A DNA stretch of 64,000 nucleotides from Bdellovibrionales bacterium (GTDB lineage Bacteria > Bdellovibrionota > Bdellovibrionia > Bdellovibrionales > UBA1609), in assembly GCA_016716765.1 (NCBI GenBank), contig JADJVA010000009.1:71013-135012 (forward strand), read 5' to 3'. A program made the translations under genes and the position numbers. Shown piece after piece: positions 19,213 through 29,494 of this stretch (its first letter is position 1; each line of letters begins with the position of its first letter). The notes beneath the pieces are model-generated. The model was given only the letters and a program-made list of their open reading frames with translations, searched no databases and was not told the DNA's origin.

Positions 19213-22200
19213 ATGTCTCATATAACTCTAGATGATTTTGAAGATATCACCGGCTGGACCATGCACTCCTCAGGACAAGCAAACCTCAAATTAACACAAA
19301 GTGAAGGCCTCAACCGCAAAGCCTTAAAATTAGACTTCGACTTTAAGGAGGCGCGCGGATTTGTGACTGCTCGGAAGGAGTTTTCCTTTTCAACTCCCGA
19401 TGACTACATCATTTGCTTTGATTTTCGCGGAAATCTTTCAATAGAAAAGTTCGAATTAAAGCTGATTGATCAATCCGGCCTAAATGTTTGGTGGTACAAC
19501 TCTCCCCATCTTGAGATTTCTGATAAATGGCAAAATCTGTCGATTAGGTCCCACCAGATTGAATTTGCCTGGGGTCCCTTAGGTAGTAACAGTGATCCCA
19601 TAACCGAAATTGGAGCAATTGAACTCGTTTTTTGGGCTGACTCTTCAGAGCGGGGATCAATGTGGATCGACAATCTCAGACTCATTGACAAGAAAATCCA
19701 AAATCCTGCTGTTGTCACTGCATCGAGTTCGCTTGCAGACCATCGTCCAGATTCTTCTTTGGACCCATCATCTGAAAACGGTTGGAGAAGCACGACAGCC
19801 AAAAAACCGCAATGGTTAGAGATCAATTTTGGAGAGGTGCGAGAGCTTGGTGGGTTAGTCATTCATTGGGATTCTTTGCACCAAACTAAAAAATTTGAAA
19901 TACAATGCTTGAGTGAAGGGGCCAACGAGTGGAAAACGATTTATTTTGCTGAAGCTGTGTCTCATGTGCGGAGTTACATATATCTGCCGGGAGCGTCATG
20001 TCGTCAGCTGCGTTTCAATTTTTTGGAAAATTATGGATCAGAGAGTTTTGGACTTAAGTTCCTCGAGATAAAAAGTCATCAATTTTCCCGATCTCAAAGT
20101 TCTTTTTTTAAAAACGTCGCTCGTTACGAACCAAAGGGAACCTTTCCAAAATATTTCTATGGGGAACAGAGCTATTGGACCGTGATTGGGACTCCTGAAG
20201 AAAATTCCTTCCAAGCACTCATTAACGAGCAAGGAATGGTGGAGATTGATAAGGGTAGTTTTTCTGTAGAACCATTTCTGTTAGCTGAAGGAAGTTTGGT
20301 GACTTGGAACGATGTTGAAGTGACCCAAACTCTCGAACAGAGCTTGCCCATCCCCTCAGTTCATTGGAAAAGACATGACCTTCATCTTCAAACTACCGTC
20401 TATATGGATAGCACAGAAAAGAGATCGATTGTTTACATTCGCTATCGCGTTCAGAATTTGGGAGAAATAAGTCAAAATGTTTCCTTATTCGCCTTGCTGC
20501 GACCATTCCAAGTGACCCCTCCCTGGCAGAGTCATCTCAAGTTCGGTGGAATTTCACAAATTAACGAACTGATTGCAGTAGAAGGGGCTATTCAAGTAAA
20601 TAGAGAGAAAATCGTGATTCCTCTCAGTAATTCTGAATGTTTTTCCTTTTCTTCTTTCGATCAGGGACCACTCAGCCCAATCATTCGCAATGAACCGCCG
20701 CCTGAAATATCACAATTGGTGGATAGTTACGGATGGGCTTCGGGCTCAATGAAATTCAAATTTGATTTGAAACCGAATTCAATTAAGGAGGTTTATTTAG
20801 CGATACCCAGTGACAATTGCTCAAGTGAGAAAAAGACAATAAAGGAAATCTCACAAATGTCTGGTTCTGAAGCCTTTGAGAAAGTTGTTCAGAACTGGAA
20901 ACATAAGCTCAGCCCTGTTGAAATCACCTTGCCGGATTCGGAACAGCATTTTATTGACGCTCTTAGAATATCTGCGGCACATATACTTATCAATCGTGAT
21001 GGTCCTGCCTTGCAACCTGGCCCTCGCCGTTATGCATGCAGCTGGATTCGTGACGGCGCCGTGATGGCGGCCGCTGCTCTTCGTATGGGATTCAATGAAG
21101 AAGCAAAGAATTTTATCAAATGGTACGCTCAACATCAAAACATGAAAGACGGCCAGCTCCCTTTTGCTATCGACCATGAAGAACATTTTGAACCACCCGA
21201 GCACGACAATCTGGGTGAGTTCATTTTTACCATCGCCGAGTGTTTCCGCATAACAAAAGACATGGAGTTTCTAAAATCTCTGTGGCCATCCGTTCAAAGA
21301 GCAATAGGCCAAACTGAGTTTCTGCTCAAACAGAGATTAACTGCGAAGTACTTGCAGCCTGAAACTCAGGCTTACTACGGACTGCTACCTGAATCAGTTA
21401 GTCACGAGGGGTACCTATTCCAACCCGTTCATTCCCATTGGGATAATTTTTGGACCTTGCGAGGTTTGATCGATGCCGCCTTTTTGGCCAGTGTTTTGGG
21501 AGATGTTCAACAAGAAGCTCATTTTTCCGAACTGTGCAGATCATTCAAAGAAAGCCTCATGAACTCTCTGAATTTGACGATAAAGGAAAGAGGAATTGAT
21601 TATTTTCCTGGCTCAGTCGAGCTTGCCGACTTTGATCCCTCTGCCACCGCCATCGTTGGATCTCTCCTCAATGATAATCAATTTTTTACAAATGAGGTAT
21701 TTCGAAATACCTTTGATAAATATCTCATTGATTTTGATGCCAGTCACAGACGACAGTCAGGAAAGTGGATTAACTTCACTCCCTACGAAATGCGCATCAT
21801 AGGAACACTTGTGAAAATGGGAAGAAGAGAAGAATCCTATAACCTTCTCAAGTTTTTTATCGACGAAAGAGCCCCACGTTCCTGGAATCAATGGCCAGAA
21901 ATTGTTTGGCGAGACCTTAAGGCTCCGGCTCACATCGGGGATCTGCCCCATTCATGGGTGGGGGCAGAATACATTCTTTCCTTTTTGTCCGTTTTCGCCT
22001 ACGAGAAACTTGACTGTCAGAACCTCGTTCTGGCGGCTGGCATACCAAGAGATTGGTTGAGCCACGGGGAGATATCAGTCAGAAATCTTCCAACCTATTT
22101 TGGGAAAGTAAGTTATACGCTTCGAAAATCTGGGGATAGGCTTTTAAAGATGTCGGTATCTATGGATTCATCTGACTCTCGGCTCAGAATTGTTATTAAG

Positions 22201-22221
22201 CCCCCTCTCTTGGCCGCATGA
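19213..22221 (+). CDS. F5/8 type C (discoidin) domain protein fused to an (alpha/alpha)6 GH15-like glycoside hydrolase domain
   Basis: 1002 aa. The N-terminal third has discoidin-like features (NGWRSTTAKKPQWLEINF). The C-terminal part carries YACSWIRDGAVMAAAALRMG, the glucoamylase-type WxRD motif. Confidence 0.6.
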   Translation: MSHITLDDFEDITGWTMHSSGQANLKLTQSEGLNRKALKLDFDFKEARGFVTARKEFSFSTPDDYIICFDFRGNLSIEKFELKLIDQSGLNVWWYNSPHLEISDKWQNLSIRSHQIEFAWGPLGSNSDPITEIGAIELVFWADSSERGSMWIDNLRLIDKKIQNPAVVTASSSLADHRPDSSLDPSSENGWRSTTAKKPQWLEINFGEVRELGGLVIHWDSLHQTKKFEIQCLSEGANEWKTIYFAEAVSHVRSYIYLPGASCRQLRFNFLENYGSESFGLKFLEIKSHQFSRSQSSFFKNVARYEPKGTFPKYFYGEQSYWTVIGTPEENSFQALINEQGMVEIDKGSFSVEPFLLAEGSLVTWNDVEVTQTLEQSLPIPSVHWKRHDLHLQTTVYMDSTEKRSIVYIRYRVQNLGEISQNVSLFALLRPFQVTPPWQSHLKFGGISQINELIAVEGAIQVNREKIVIPLSNSECFSFSSFDQGPLSPIIRNEPPPEISQLVDSYGWASGSMKFKFDLKPNSIKEVYLAIPSDNCSSEKKTIKEISQMSGSEAFEKVVQNWKHKLSPVEITLPDSEQHFIDALRISAAHILINRDGPALQPGPRRYACSWIRDGAVMAAAALRMGFNEEAKNFIKWYAQHQNMKDGQLPFAIDHEEHFEPPEHDNLGEFIFTIAECFRITKDMEFLKSLWPSVQRAIGQTEFLLKQRLTAKYLQPETQAYYGLLPESVSHEGYLFQPVHSHWDNFWTLRGLIDAAFLASVLGDVQQEAHFSELCRSFKESLMNSLNLTIKERGIDYFPGSVELADFDPSATAIVGSLLNDNQFFTNEVFRNTFDKYLIDFDASHRRQSGKWINFTPYEMRIIGTLVKMGRREESYNLLKFFIDERAPRSWNQWPEIVWRDLKAPAHIGDLPHSWVGAEYILSFLSVFAYEKLDCQNLVLAAGIPRDWLSHGEISVRNLPTYFGKVSYTLRKSGDRLLKMSVSMDSSDSRLRIVIKPPLLAA

Positions 22222-22317
22222 TCGAGGTTCAAGTAAATTCGAGGAAACTTTCAAAATTTGATCCTGAAAATTTAATTATCTACGATTGTCCGGCAGAAAT
22301 TCTGATCAGGTATTCAA

Positions 22318-23973
22318 TTAGTGATTAGAGCTGTTTAAGGAACGAACCGTCCATAATCCATCCCTTTTTAATTCTAGAATTTGATCGTGAAAGGGAAGCA
22401 GCGCCGGATCGTTGGTTGTGCTGATGTAGGTGATCGAAGACTCATGAAGAGCCTTATAAATTATCTGTCGGACCTCTGGAACAAGGGTGCTGATTGCTTC
22501 ATCTAAAAAAGCAAATTGAGGCCTAGCGATGAGCAACTGTGCAATCGACAAAAGCTGAGACTCGCTTGTCGAAACCCGTGTGGACCAGTCTTGATCAGCG
22601 TCGAGCCCCCCAACTCTGTTTAAGAAAGATTCCAACTGAACAATTTTTAAAACATCTATTAAACGTTGATCTTCAATACTATTATCTACACAAGGATAGG
22701 TTAAAACAGACCGCAAAGATCCCCGCTTCAAATAGGGGTGTTGAGGTAGAAACATGAGTTGCTCTTGCTGCGGCCTTCCAATTCGACCCTTGCCGGCTGT
22801 CCAGATTCCTGCAGTGGCATTAACTAGCAAGCTCTTTCCCACGCGGTTAGGCCCGAGAATTACCAGCCGTCTTCCCCGAGAGATTTCTAAGTTCAAGTTG
22901 AGGATCAGCGGCGCTTCATTCTCAGGTCCGAAAATTGTGAGGTTTTCGTATCTAATCGAATCGCTTCTATCAACAATCTCAATGGTTGGTCTATGAGCTA
23001 CTGGTTTTTTTAACATCGCTTCATTCAGTGAATCTAAACGTGAGACAATTGCTACAAAAGAGGAGAGCCTCTGAAATTCAGTGATAATCAAAGAAAAGGC
23101 ACCCAATACAAACACAAATGCAGACGCCGCTTGAGTGATGACTCCAAATTCTCGATTGCCATCCAAATAAATGGGCGCTACGATGATGATTGGGACAAGC
23201 TGAGCCCAATAGTTATATCCAGTAGTAAAAAAGCTGAGATTTCGGTTGACTGATATAATCCGCTTGAGATTATCGACGACAATCGCCAAACCTTTTTGAA
23301 CTCTCGTCAGCTCTTTGCTCTCACCACGATTTAAAGCGACAGAATCGGCATGTTCACGAATTTGAATCAAATTATACCTTAAATCTGCCTCCTTTTTTAA
23401 CTGAAGAAAATTGAGATGGACGAGGCGATATCCAATTAAAAAAGTGATTGCAGAACCAACTGTGGCGTAAGCCAGGGCCCCGTAGACTAACCAGGGCGTG
23501 ATCGACCATAGGATGCTTGCAAATCCAATGAATGCGACCACAGAGTTAAGAATTATGAGAAAAAAGGACAAAGTTGTGGCAGTAAACGTTCGAATGTCCT
23601 CTGTGATTCGCTGATCAGGATTATCGATATCAGGTTGTTCATTTAGCCTGCAATAAGCTCTATTGCCTAGATACTCACGCAAGAAATAATCTGTTAGCCA
23701 CTGCCTCCAGTACAAAGCGAATCGCTCTTCAATGAAACGAAAAAAAACAGCCACCACCGTAATTATTCCGACTATTCCAGAGCACTGAAGGGCCAAGAGC
23801 AAAAACCTCGTGGATTTTCCATCGGCTAAGACCGTCATCATGTCCCGATTGAGATAACTTGAAATAATATTTAGTCCATTTATAGACAAAGACAACACAA
23901 CCAGCAAGCCAAGGAGGCCAAGTGCCTTTCCGCCTTCGGAGGAGACGAAAAATGGCCGTGCTACAGAGTACAA
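22318..23973 (-). CDS. ABC transporter fused permease/ATPase, ABCD (ABC_membrane_2, YddA/BacA-like) type
   Basis: LYWRQWLTDYFLREYL...DNPDQRITEDIRTF is the hallmark of this membrane domain. C-terminal Walker A GPNRVGKS, signature STSESQ, Walker B FAFLDEA. Confidence 0.8.
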   Translation of the reverse strand: MYSVARPFFVSSEGGKALGLLGLLVVLSLSINGLNIISSYLNRDMMTVLADGKSTRFLLLALQCSGIVGIITVVAVFFRFIEERFALYWRQWLTDYFLREYLGNRAYCRLNEQPDIDNPDQRITEDIRTFTATTLSFFLIILNSVVAFIGFASILWSITPWLVYGALAYATVGSAITFLIGYRLVHLNFLQLKKEADLRYNLIQIREHADSVALNRGESKELTRVQKGLAIVVDNLKRIISVNRNLSFFTTGYNYWAQLVPIIIVAPIYLDGNREFGVITQAASAFVFVLGAFSLIITEFQRLSSFVAIVSRLDSLNEAMLKKPVAHRPTIEIVDRSDSIRYENLTIFGPENEAPLILNLNLEISRGRRLVILGPNRVGKSLLVNATAGIWTAGKGRIGRPQQEQLMFLPQHPYLKRGSLRSVLTYPCVDNSIEDQRLIDVLKIVQLESFLNRVGGLDADQDWSTRVSTSESQLLSIAQLLIARPQFAFLDEAISTLVPEVRQIIYKALHESSITYISTTNDPALLPFHDQILELKRDGLWTVRSLNSSNH

Positions 23974-24195
23974 CCGAACCCAGAATATTCGCTTTGTAGG
24001 CCCTGTTGATAATTCTATAGAAATAGTTTCCTCCCATCATTCAAATTCAATTACTATTCCTCACGTCTGAGTTTATTCTATCAGATTTATTTCCGTTTGG
24101 CAGCCAACTCTTCCTATCTATCAAATCTATCGGAACTACTGAAAAGCCCATTTGTTGGCCTTGCTCCGGTTAAAAATAGGGAGTATCTAAAAGAG

Positions 24196-24783
24196 ATGAA
24201 AAAAGCAGATCAGACGAGAGCAAAAATAATCAAGTCAGCCGCCTTTTGTCTGGCTCACTTGGGCGAGCGGGAAACGACATTTCAGGCTATTGCCGATCAT
24301 TGCGGAGTGAGCCAGCCTTTGGTTGTAAAGTATCTGAAAAATAGGGAGGGTATTTTTTCAAATGTTATTGAAGAAATGGTGGAAAAAGCCAAATCTGCAA
24401 CTGTCGAAGTCCTCAGCCAGAGTTCTTCTGCAACAGACGCCCTCACCAAGTATTTATTTGTTTCTTTAGAAAATTTTGAAAAAGATCAGACAATACCTAG
24501 AATTTATTTGATGCTTTATTATTTTGCAGGAATTGATCCAAAATTCAGAGCAATAAACTCAGAAATCAAAAGAGGGGCAGTGGATAGAATATATAACATT
24601 CTTGAGGCTGGTATTGAATCTGGCGAATTTCGGCGCTCTCTTGATACCTATGGTTTAGCCCGTATTATTCATGATGGAATAGTTGGGATATTACTAAGCT
24701 CAATTACAGAAATTGGAGCGCCTCCAACTAAAAAGGTCGTCAAGGATTTCAGTGAAGCTATTCAAGCACTAGTTAGGGCTTGA
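24196..24783 (+). CDS. TetR/AcrR family transcriptional regulator
   Basis: Start moved to ATG 24196: MKKADQTRAKIIKSAAFCLAHLGERETTFQAIADHCGVSQPLVVKYL is a canonical TetR HTH. Divergent from the ABC transporter gene. Confidence 0.8.
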   Translation: MKKADQTRAKIIKSAAFCLAHLGERETTFQAIADHCGVSQPLVVKYLKNREGIFSNVIEEMVEKAKSATVEVLSQSSSATDALTKYLFVSLENFEKDQTIPRIYLMLYYFAGIDPKFRAINSEIKRGAVDRIYNILEAGIESGEFRRSLDTYGLARIIHDGIVGILLSSITEIGAPPTKKVVKDFSEAIQALVRA

Positions 24784-26166
24784 TCTCAGGCGCCTTAGAA
24801 TTTCATGAGCTACATCAATTGGTATGAAAAATGAGACATACTTTGCCTGAGAAAATTGTACTTCATCTAGATTAAAGATCGTTCCTTCTGAAGGTGGCTC
24901 TTCCATTCTCATTTTCTGAAGGCCTCCGAAAGCATTTTCAAAGGCATAAAATATCCAAACGGGGTCCCTCATACGCTCCAATTCTCGAAATTCCTCTGAA
25001 TTCACGTCAACATGGCGGTAATTTCTTGGCAAGGTTCTCATTTCAATCGCCGCAAGTGAGTGAGGAGAATCATTAGGGATTTTCCACGAAGTGCTCTGCT
25101 CTTTTGACGTCAACGCAACCAAACCCAAATCGATAAGTGGCTCAACTTCAGGCGGCGTCAGGAGAATCTTAAGTAATTTTGGATCCTCTCCAGAAGAAAG
25201 AAACAGAGTAATAATTTGGTCTAACTGGCGGGCAGATACGATGCGATGCCAATCTCTGATGAGATCCTGATTCAGCTCCAGGACATGTTCCGTTACTGTA
25301 TTTATTTTACCTTCAACCTCATAATTTTTGTTAAATGTTCTCGAAATAGCTCGATCAATTGGCAAGCCCTGTCTCTTCAGAGCTCTCAGGACGGGAGAAT
25401 TGACCTGAAAAAACACTCGATTGACAATGTTGTTCTGCCTCAACCAAACAAACAATTGTCGATACAGATACAACTCCATAAATTTAATGTCGTGGCCCGT
25501 AACCAATGAGTCATTTGAATTTTTAGAGAGACTCAAGCGGCCCGCTTCGGCGATCACTTCTCCGGGTGATCGCTCAATAGGGCCTATTTCGTCTTCAACA
25601 TGAAGAGGCTCACTTTTATTTGATGAAAGGAGCACCTGGAGATGGAGCAGCGGCTGGGCCTTGTCAATAAGCCTCTCAGGATCGATTGCAGCTAAGACGT
25701 ATTCTCTCAGGTCACTGATAGAATAGTAATGAACTAAAAAGTGAATGATACGTTCGCTTTCCGTTGAGTCCTGCTCAAGAATTCGCGGCAATAAGGTCGT
25801 CCTCTCGGGACCCTGAAGCGAAAAGCTTTGGTAGAGATTCTTTAATGCTCTTTCCTTCGCCGAAACAGACGGATTCAAAGGCCATTTTGTGGCTGTGCCA
25901 ATATGGTCTGCCGACAAGTATCTTTCAATTTGTATTTCGGTTGGATGATTCGTGCCTCTGATAACAAGCACCCGAAAAGGAGGTATCGGAAAAATTGTTG
26001 AAAACTGCTTTATGATTGCAGAAGATCTCTGCACATAAATAAGGCGAGCAATTTTGTTCTGAACTGGCCCATTCAGTAATCTCAGACAAGAGGAAAATGA
26101 CAAGGGCTGCGCTCGCGCAGCCATACTAAGAAACCCTGCCACTAAAAAATAGACCAACTGCCCCAT
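24769..26166 (-). CDS. secreted hypothetical protein
   Basis: Start moved to ATG 26166, giving signal peptide MGQLVYFLVAGFLSMAARAQ. The middle segment (GEVIAEAGRLSL ... LRALKRQGLPI) faintly resembles GNAT-like acyltransferases, but I cannot confirm that. Confidence 0.45.
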   Translation of the reverse strand: MGQLVYFLVAGFLSMAARAQPLSFSSCLRLLNGPVQNKIARLIYVQRSSAIIKQFSTIFPIPPFRVLVIRGTNHPTEIQIERYLSADHIGTATKWPLNPSVSAKERALKNLYQSFSLQGPERTTLLPRILEQDSTESERIIHFLVHYYSISDLREYVLAAIDPERLIDKAQPLLHLQVLLSSNKSEPLHVEDEIGPIERSPGEVIAEAGRLSLSKNSNDSLVTGHDIKFMELYLYRQLFVWLRQNNIVNRVFFQVNSPVLRALKRQGLPIDRAISRTFNKNYEVEGKINTVTEHVLELNQDLIRDWHRIVSARQLDQIITLFLSSGEDPKLLKILLTPPEVEPLIDLGLVALTSKEQSTSWKIPNDSPHSLAAIEMRTLPRNYRHVDVNSEEFRELERMRDPVWIFYAFENAFGGLQKMRMEEPPSEGTIFNLDEVQFSQAKYVSFFIPIDVAHEILRRLRSSPN

Positions 26167-26477
26167 GATGCAAGTTTTCAATTGGTCAAAATTTGATCTA
26201 TTTGAGTTCTTATCTAATTGAGTAATGTTATCCTGGAGCAACAAAACCACCCGGAAAAGTGAACTAAATTTCAGGATTCGAAGAATCCAACTCTCATACT
26301 CGAACCAGGAACTAAAATACAATATAAATTTTATAGATTGCGCTAGAAATTTTGTGGCAAATCTACTCTAACAGGAGGCAATCACTCAAAGAACCTCCGC
26401 AGCTTGCCTGCTACGGAGGTGATAGCTTTCGAAACAGAAGATAACTTGTCCTTATGTTTTCTCTTAACTTTATTTGT

Positions 26478-27512
26478 TTAGATCTCTTCGCTCAGACTTC
26501 GATTGTAAATCTCACTTTTAAGATAGGCTTCTACCCCAGACACAAATTCTTTGAAGCGAGGGTCCTCAATCATTTTAACAGCTTCCTGCGGTTCTGCCTT
26601 TAGGTATCTTACCAAATCCTCATTGGAAAACCCTTCACTGAGAGATTCAATCCTCGCTTGAACGCTCTCATCCCTCGGCAAAGTCGGGATAGCAATCGAT
26701 GCAGCCATTCCCTGTGGTGTCCTTCTCAATACCATCAAGAGGGTCGCAGCAACTAGTCCCCCCACTCCGAGCTTAGCTAGTCCATTGCCTTCGGTACCAC
26801 TCTCCAACATTTCGGACGTCACATTAAGTCGGGAAAGGAGACCCGAAACAGATTCTCGAGGGTCTGATTCCTGTTGAACCCTCGCGCGAGCTGCCGGACT
26901 GGACGATCGCTCTTCGATTCCTTCCCTCTCATGCGCGGAAGAGACAGCTGGCACCGAAGAGTGGAGCTCCTCTGGACTGACTGAGGTGCACACAACTGGA
27001 AAATATTGCCAAACAAAGCGAGTCACCTGGTATTGGTAGGGAGGTGCTCCAACCATGGTCGGCACTGGGTTTAAATAGAAAAAAGTCCCAGCACCCTTCC
27101 CGAAGTTTGTAACTGCAAGGTCGATCCACAACTTTGCACCTTGTCCCGATGCAAAACTTACGATCTCATACGGGTACCCCCCTGGCCCACCTGATTGTTG
27201 TACAACCTGTCTATCGGTTAAGCCCGAACCAAATGTGCCAAGAAAAGTTTGACCATGAGTTCGTGATGGTTCAGGAATGAGTTTAGCCGAATACTCCTGC
27301 GCTTGCCCTCCAGGAAGCGTTTGGACGGACATAATTCGTTCTGGACCAGTTCCAATGAGTTGAATATTAATTTCATCAACTCCTTGCCACGGGAGAGCTG
27401 CTCCGACACCAGTACAAACAATTGCTCCCGCGCCGGGCTGATCCTGAGCAAAACTATTTAGTTGCCCCATAATTACAAACCCAAAAAGAAGACTGAATAC
27501 GCCGACTCTCAT
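26478..27512 (-). CDS. secreted hypothetical protein with C-terminal membrane anchor
   Basis: ATG 27512 preceded by GGAGGAAAC. Signal peptide MRVGVFSLLFGFVIMGQLNSFAQ. Hydrophobic segment LGVGGLVAATLLMVL near the C-terminal third. Confidence 0.55.
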   Translation of the reverse strand: MRVGVFSLLFGFVIMGQLNSFAQDQPGAGAIVCTGVGAALPWQGVDEINIQLIGTGPERIMSVQTLPGGQAQEYSAKLIPEPSRTHGQTFLGTFGSGLTDRQVVQQSGGPGGYPYEIVSFASGQGAKLWIDLAVTNFGKGAGTFFYLNPVPTMVGAPPYQYQVTRFVWQYFPVVCTSVSPEELHSSVPAVSSAHEREGIEERSSSPAARARVQQESDPRESVSGLLSRLNVTSEMLESGTEGNGLAKLGVGGLVAATLLMVLRRTPQGMAASIAIPTLPRDESVQARIESLSEGFSNEDLVRYLKAEPQEAVKMIEDPRFKEFVSGVEAYLKSEIYNRSLSEEI

Positions 27513-27586
27513 GTTTCCTCCCTTTAATCTAATAAGAATTTTGGCGGACACTATATCAATGACCCGCCAACTACAAACAATATTTT

Positions 27587-27600
27587 TGAGTATTTACTCA
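27587..27600. promoter_or_regulatory. palindromic candidate operator upstream of 26478-27512
   Basis: TGAGTA-TT-TACTCA, perfect 6+2+6 inverted repeat. A half-related copy TGAGTATAAACTAA lies at 27690-27703 in the same AT-rich intergenic region. Confidence 0.2.
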
Positions 27601-27785
27601 CCAATATGTTTACAGAACACATAAGCATATAAAACTAGGTAATATCAATATATTAAGTAGTTTTATGGCAGATTAAGAATAATATATTTTGAGTATAAAC
27701 TAATTATTTGTGACTCTGTCGGGACAGATATCGCGCGAGAATAGCAGAGTCGAAAAATTCAAATTTACTTAAGTTAGGATAGAAT

Positions 27786-28427
27786 TCAAATTTGGGTTTT
27801 CAAAAATTCAATTTTTCTTCTCAGGGTTTTTGCATCAATTTCAAGGAGTTCCAGGCTTGTCTTTTTTTGCAAATACTCAGCATTGGAAATCGCTCTCTTT
27901 TGAATGAGCTGATGATATTTTTCTGACAAAATTGAGGCGTGAGACAATTGGTTTTCTATTTTTTTTAAATTAACAATCTCCGCATCCAGCGCCAGACGTT
28001 GCGATTTTTTAAAGAGCTCGTTGATTCTTTCTTTGTCCTCAGAGTCGCCGCCATTGCCTTTAGATATAATCTGCAGAAGGTCAGTGATGACATCGTACCT
28101 GAGAAGTTCCATCCTGTTGATGTCCTCCTCGAACATCTCAGTTTCCAGTTTAACTTGCGCCATTAATAGTTCGATTTGAGAAGAAAGATCAGATTGAGAG
28201 AGTCGACGATAGCGTTCCAAAGAGGATCTCAAGTAGGAAATTTTTTTGTGAAGAGCTTCCGTCCTTCCTTCGCCTTCAATCTTTTTCTTGATAACATCAA
28301 TGTACATGAACTTCAGATCCATAGAGGAACTGGCGTTTAAAGACCGAAGCTCCTCTGACGCCCGTACATTAAACACACACATAGCCATTAAAAGGACAGT
28401 CAACGATCTCATGTCCCCCCTCAGCAA
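27786..28427 (-). CDS. secreted coiled-coil hypothetical protein
   Basis: Signal-like MRSLTVLLMAMCVFNVRASE, then heptad-rich charged sequence throughout. Confidence 0.5.
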   Translation of the reverse strand: MLRGDMRSLTVLLMAMCVFNVRASEELRSLNASSSMDLKFMYIDVIKKKIEGEGRTEALHKKISYLRSSLERYRRLSQSDLSSQIELLMAQVKLETEMFEEDINRMELLRYDVITDLLQIISKGNGGDSEDKERINELFKKSQRLALDAEIVNLKKIENQLSHASILSEKYHQLIQKRAISNAEYLQKKTSLELLEIDAKTLRRKIEFLKTQI

Positions 28428-28533
28428 CCTCTCACCACGCCATCACGTTACATGACATTATAAATTTAAAAAAATTAAAAAATCCATTTTTATTTAGCCG
28501 CTTTAGTCCAAGCGAATAAGAGCGCCCCCAAGT

Positions 28534-29220
28534 TCAGACTGACGCAGAATCCAAATGAGCGGATTCGTTGGCCACTCTAGGCCTGGTCCTGGGTTGTTCT
28601 TCTCCAATGAGAACAAACTCATTGGATTCCCCTTCATGGGCATAGACATTTGCAGTGCTCAGTTCGAACCACCATCCATGCAACCTGACATTCCCTTGAT
28701 CCAATCGCTCTCGTACAATCGGGTAGGTCTGCAGGTGTTCTATTTGCTGTAGCACATTTAACTGCGAGAGTCGGTTACTTGGACTCAGTCTTGAACTCGC
28801 TATAGAAAGCTTTTCCAATGATGGCTCACCGTGACGCAACCACGATCGCAAGTTTGGGGCCGCAAGGCTATTTCGTCCTTCCAATAAAGCATGCATGGCC
28901 CCACATTCGGAATGACCGCAAACAATGACATCCGACACATTCAAATTCATCAGCGCAAATTCGATTGCCGCCCCTTCCGACACATCACCCGAAGAGTGGC
29001 CGTCCTTCTTACACATAGGAATTAAGTTTCCTACGTTCCTAATAACAAAAAGATCGCCAGGATCAGTGGACGCAAATAAATTCGGAACAACTCGGCTGTC
29101 AGAACAGGCAATGAACAGGGTATCTGGAGATTGCCCCAAGGCTAACCGAGAGAATTTTTCCCTATACTCCGGCTGTAAATTCCGGCGAAATTCGATAATC
29201 CCATCCACAAGTTTCTTCAT
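28534..29220 (-). CDS. beta-class carbonic anhydrase (CynT-like)
   Basis: Zinc ligand motifs CSDSRV and GHSECGAM. FVIRNVGN and LHGWWF are close to E. coli CynT as I recall it. Confidence 0.9.
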   Translation of the reverse strand: MKKLVDGIIEFRRNLQPEYREKFSRLALGQSPDTLFIACSDSRVVPNLFASTDPGDLFVIRNVGNLIPMCKKDGHSSGDVSEGAAIEFALMNLNVSDVIVCGHSECGAMHALLEGRNSLAAPNLRSWLRHGEPSLEKLSIASSRLSPSNRLSQLNVLQQIEHLQTYPIVRERLDQGNVRLHGWWFELSTANVYAHEGESNEFVLIGEEQPRTRPRVANESAHLDSASV

Positions 29221-29494
29221 GGTAACAAACCTTCTCGATAAACTCGATTCCCGGCGAAACTGACAAGGTTCAAAGTGACACTCCCCACTTTCTAACCATG
29301 GCCCCTCCGATCGATATCAAAGACATATTGCACTATCCCAAGCTGCGACTGGCATCCTTATCATGCAAGCTGGAGGTACGCAAGAGAGGCCTTATCTCAA
29401 CCGCCTAAGAAAACACCCACTCCAAAAGGAAGACAAAAGGCGGAGCAAGTCTAGATTATAGGGTTACTCACCACAAAAATTTGCTAACTCCAAA

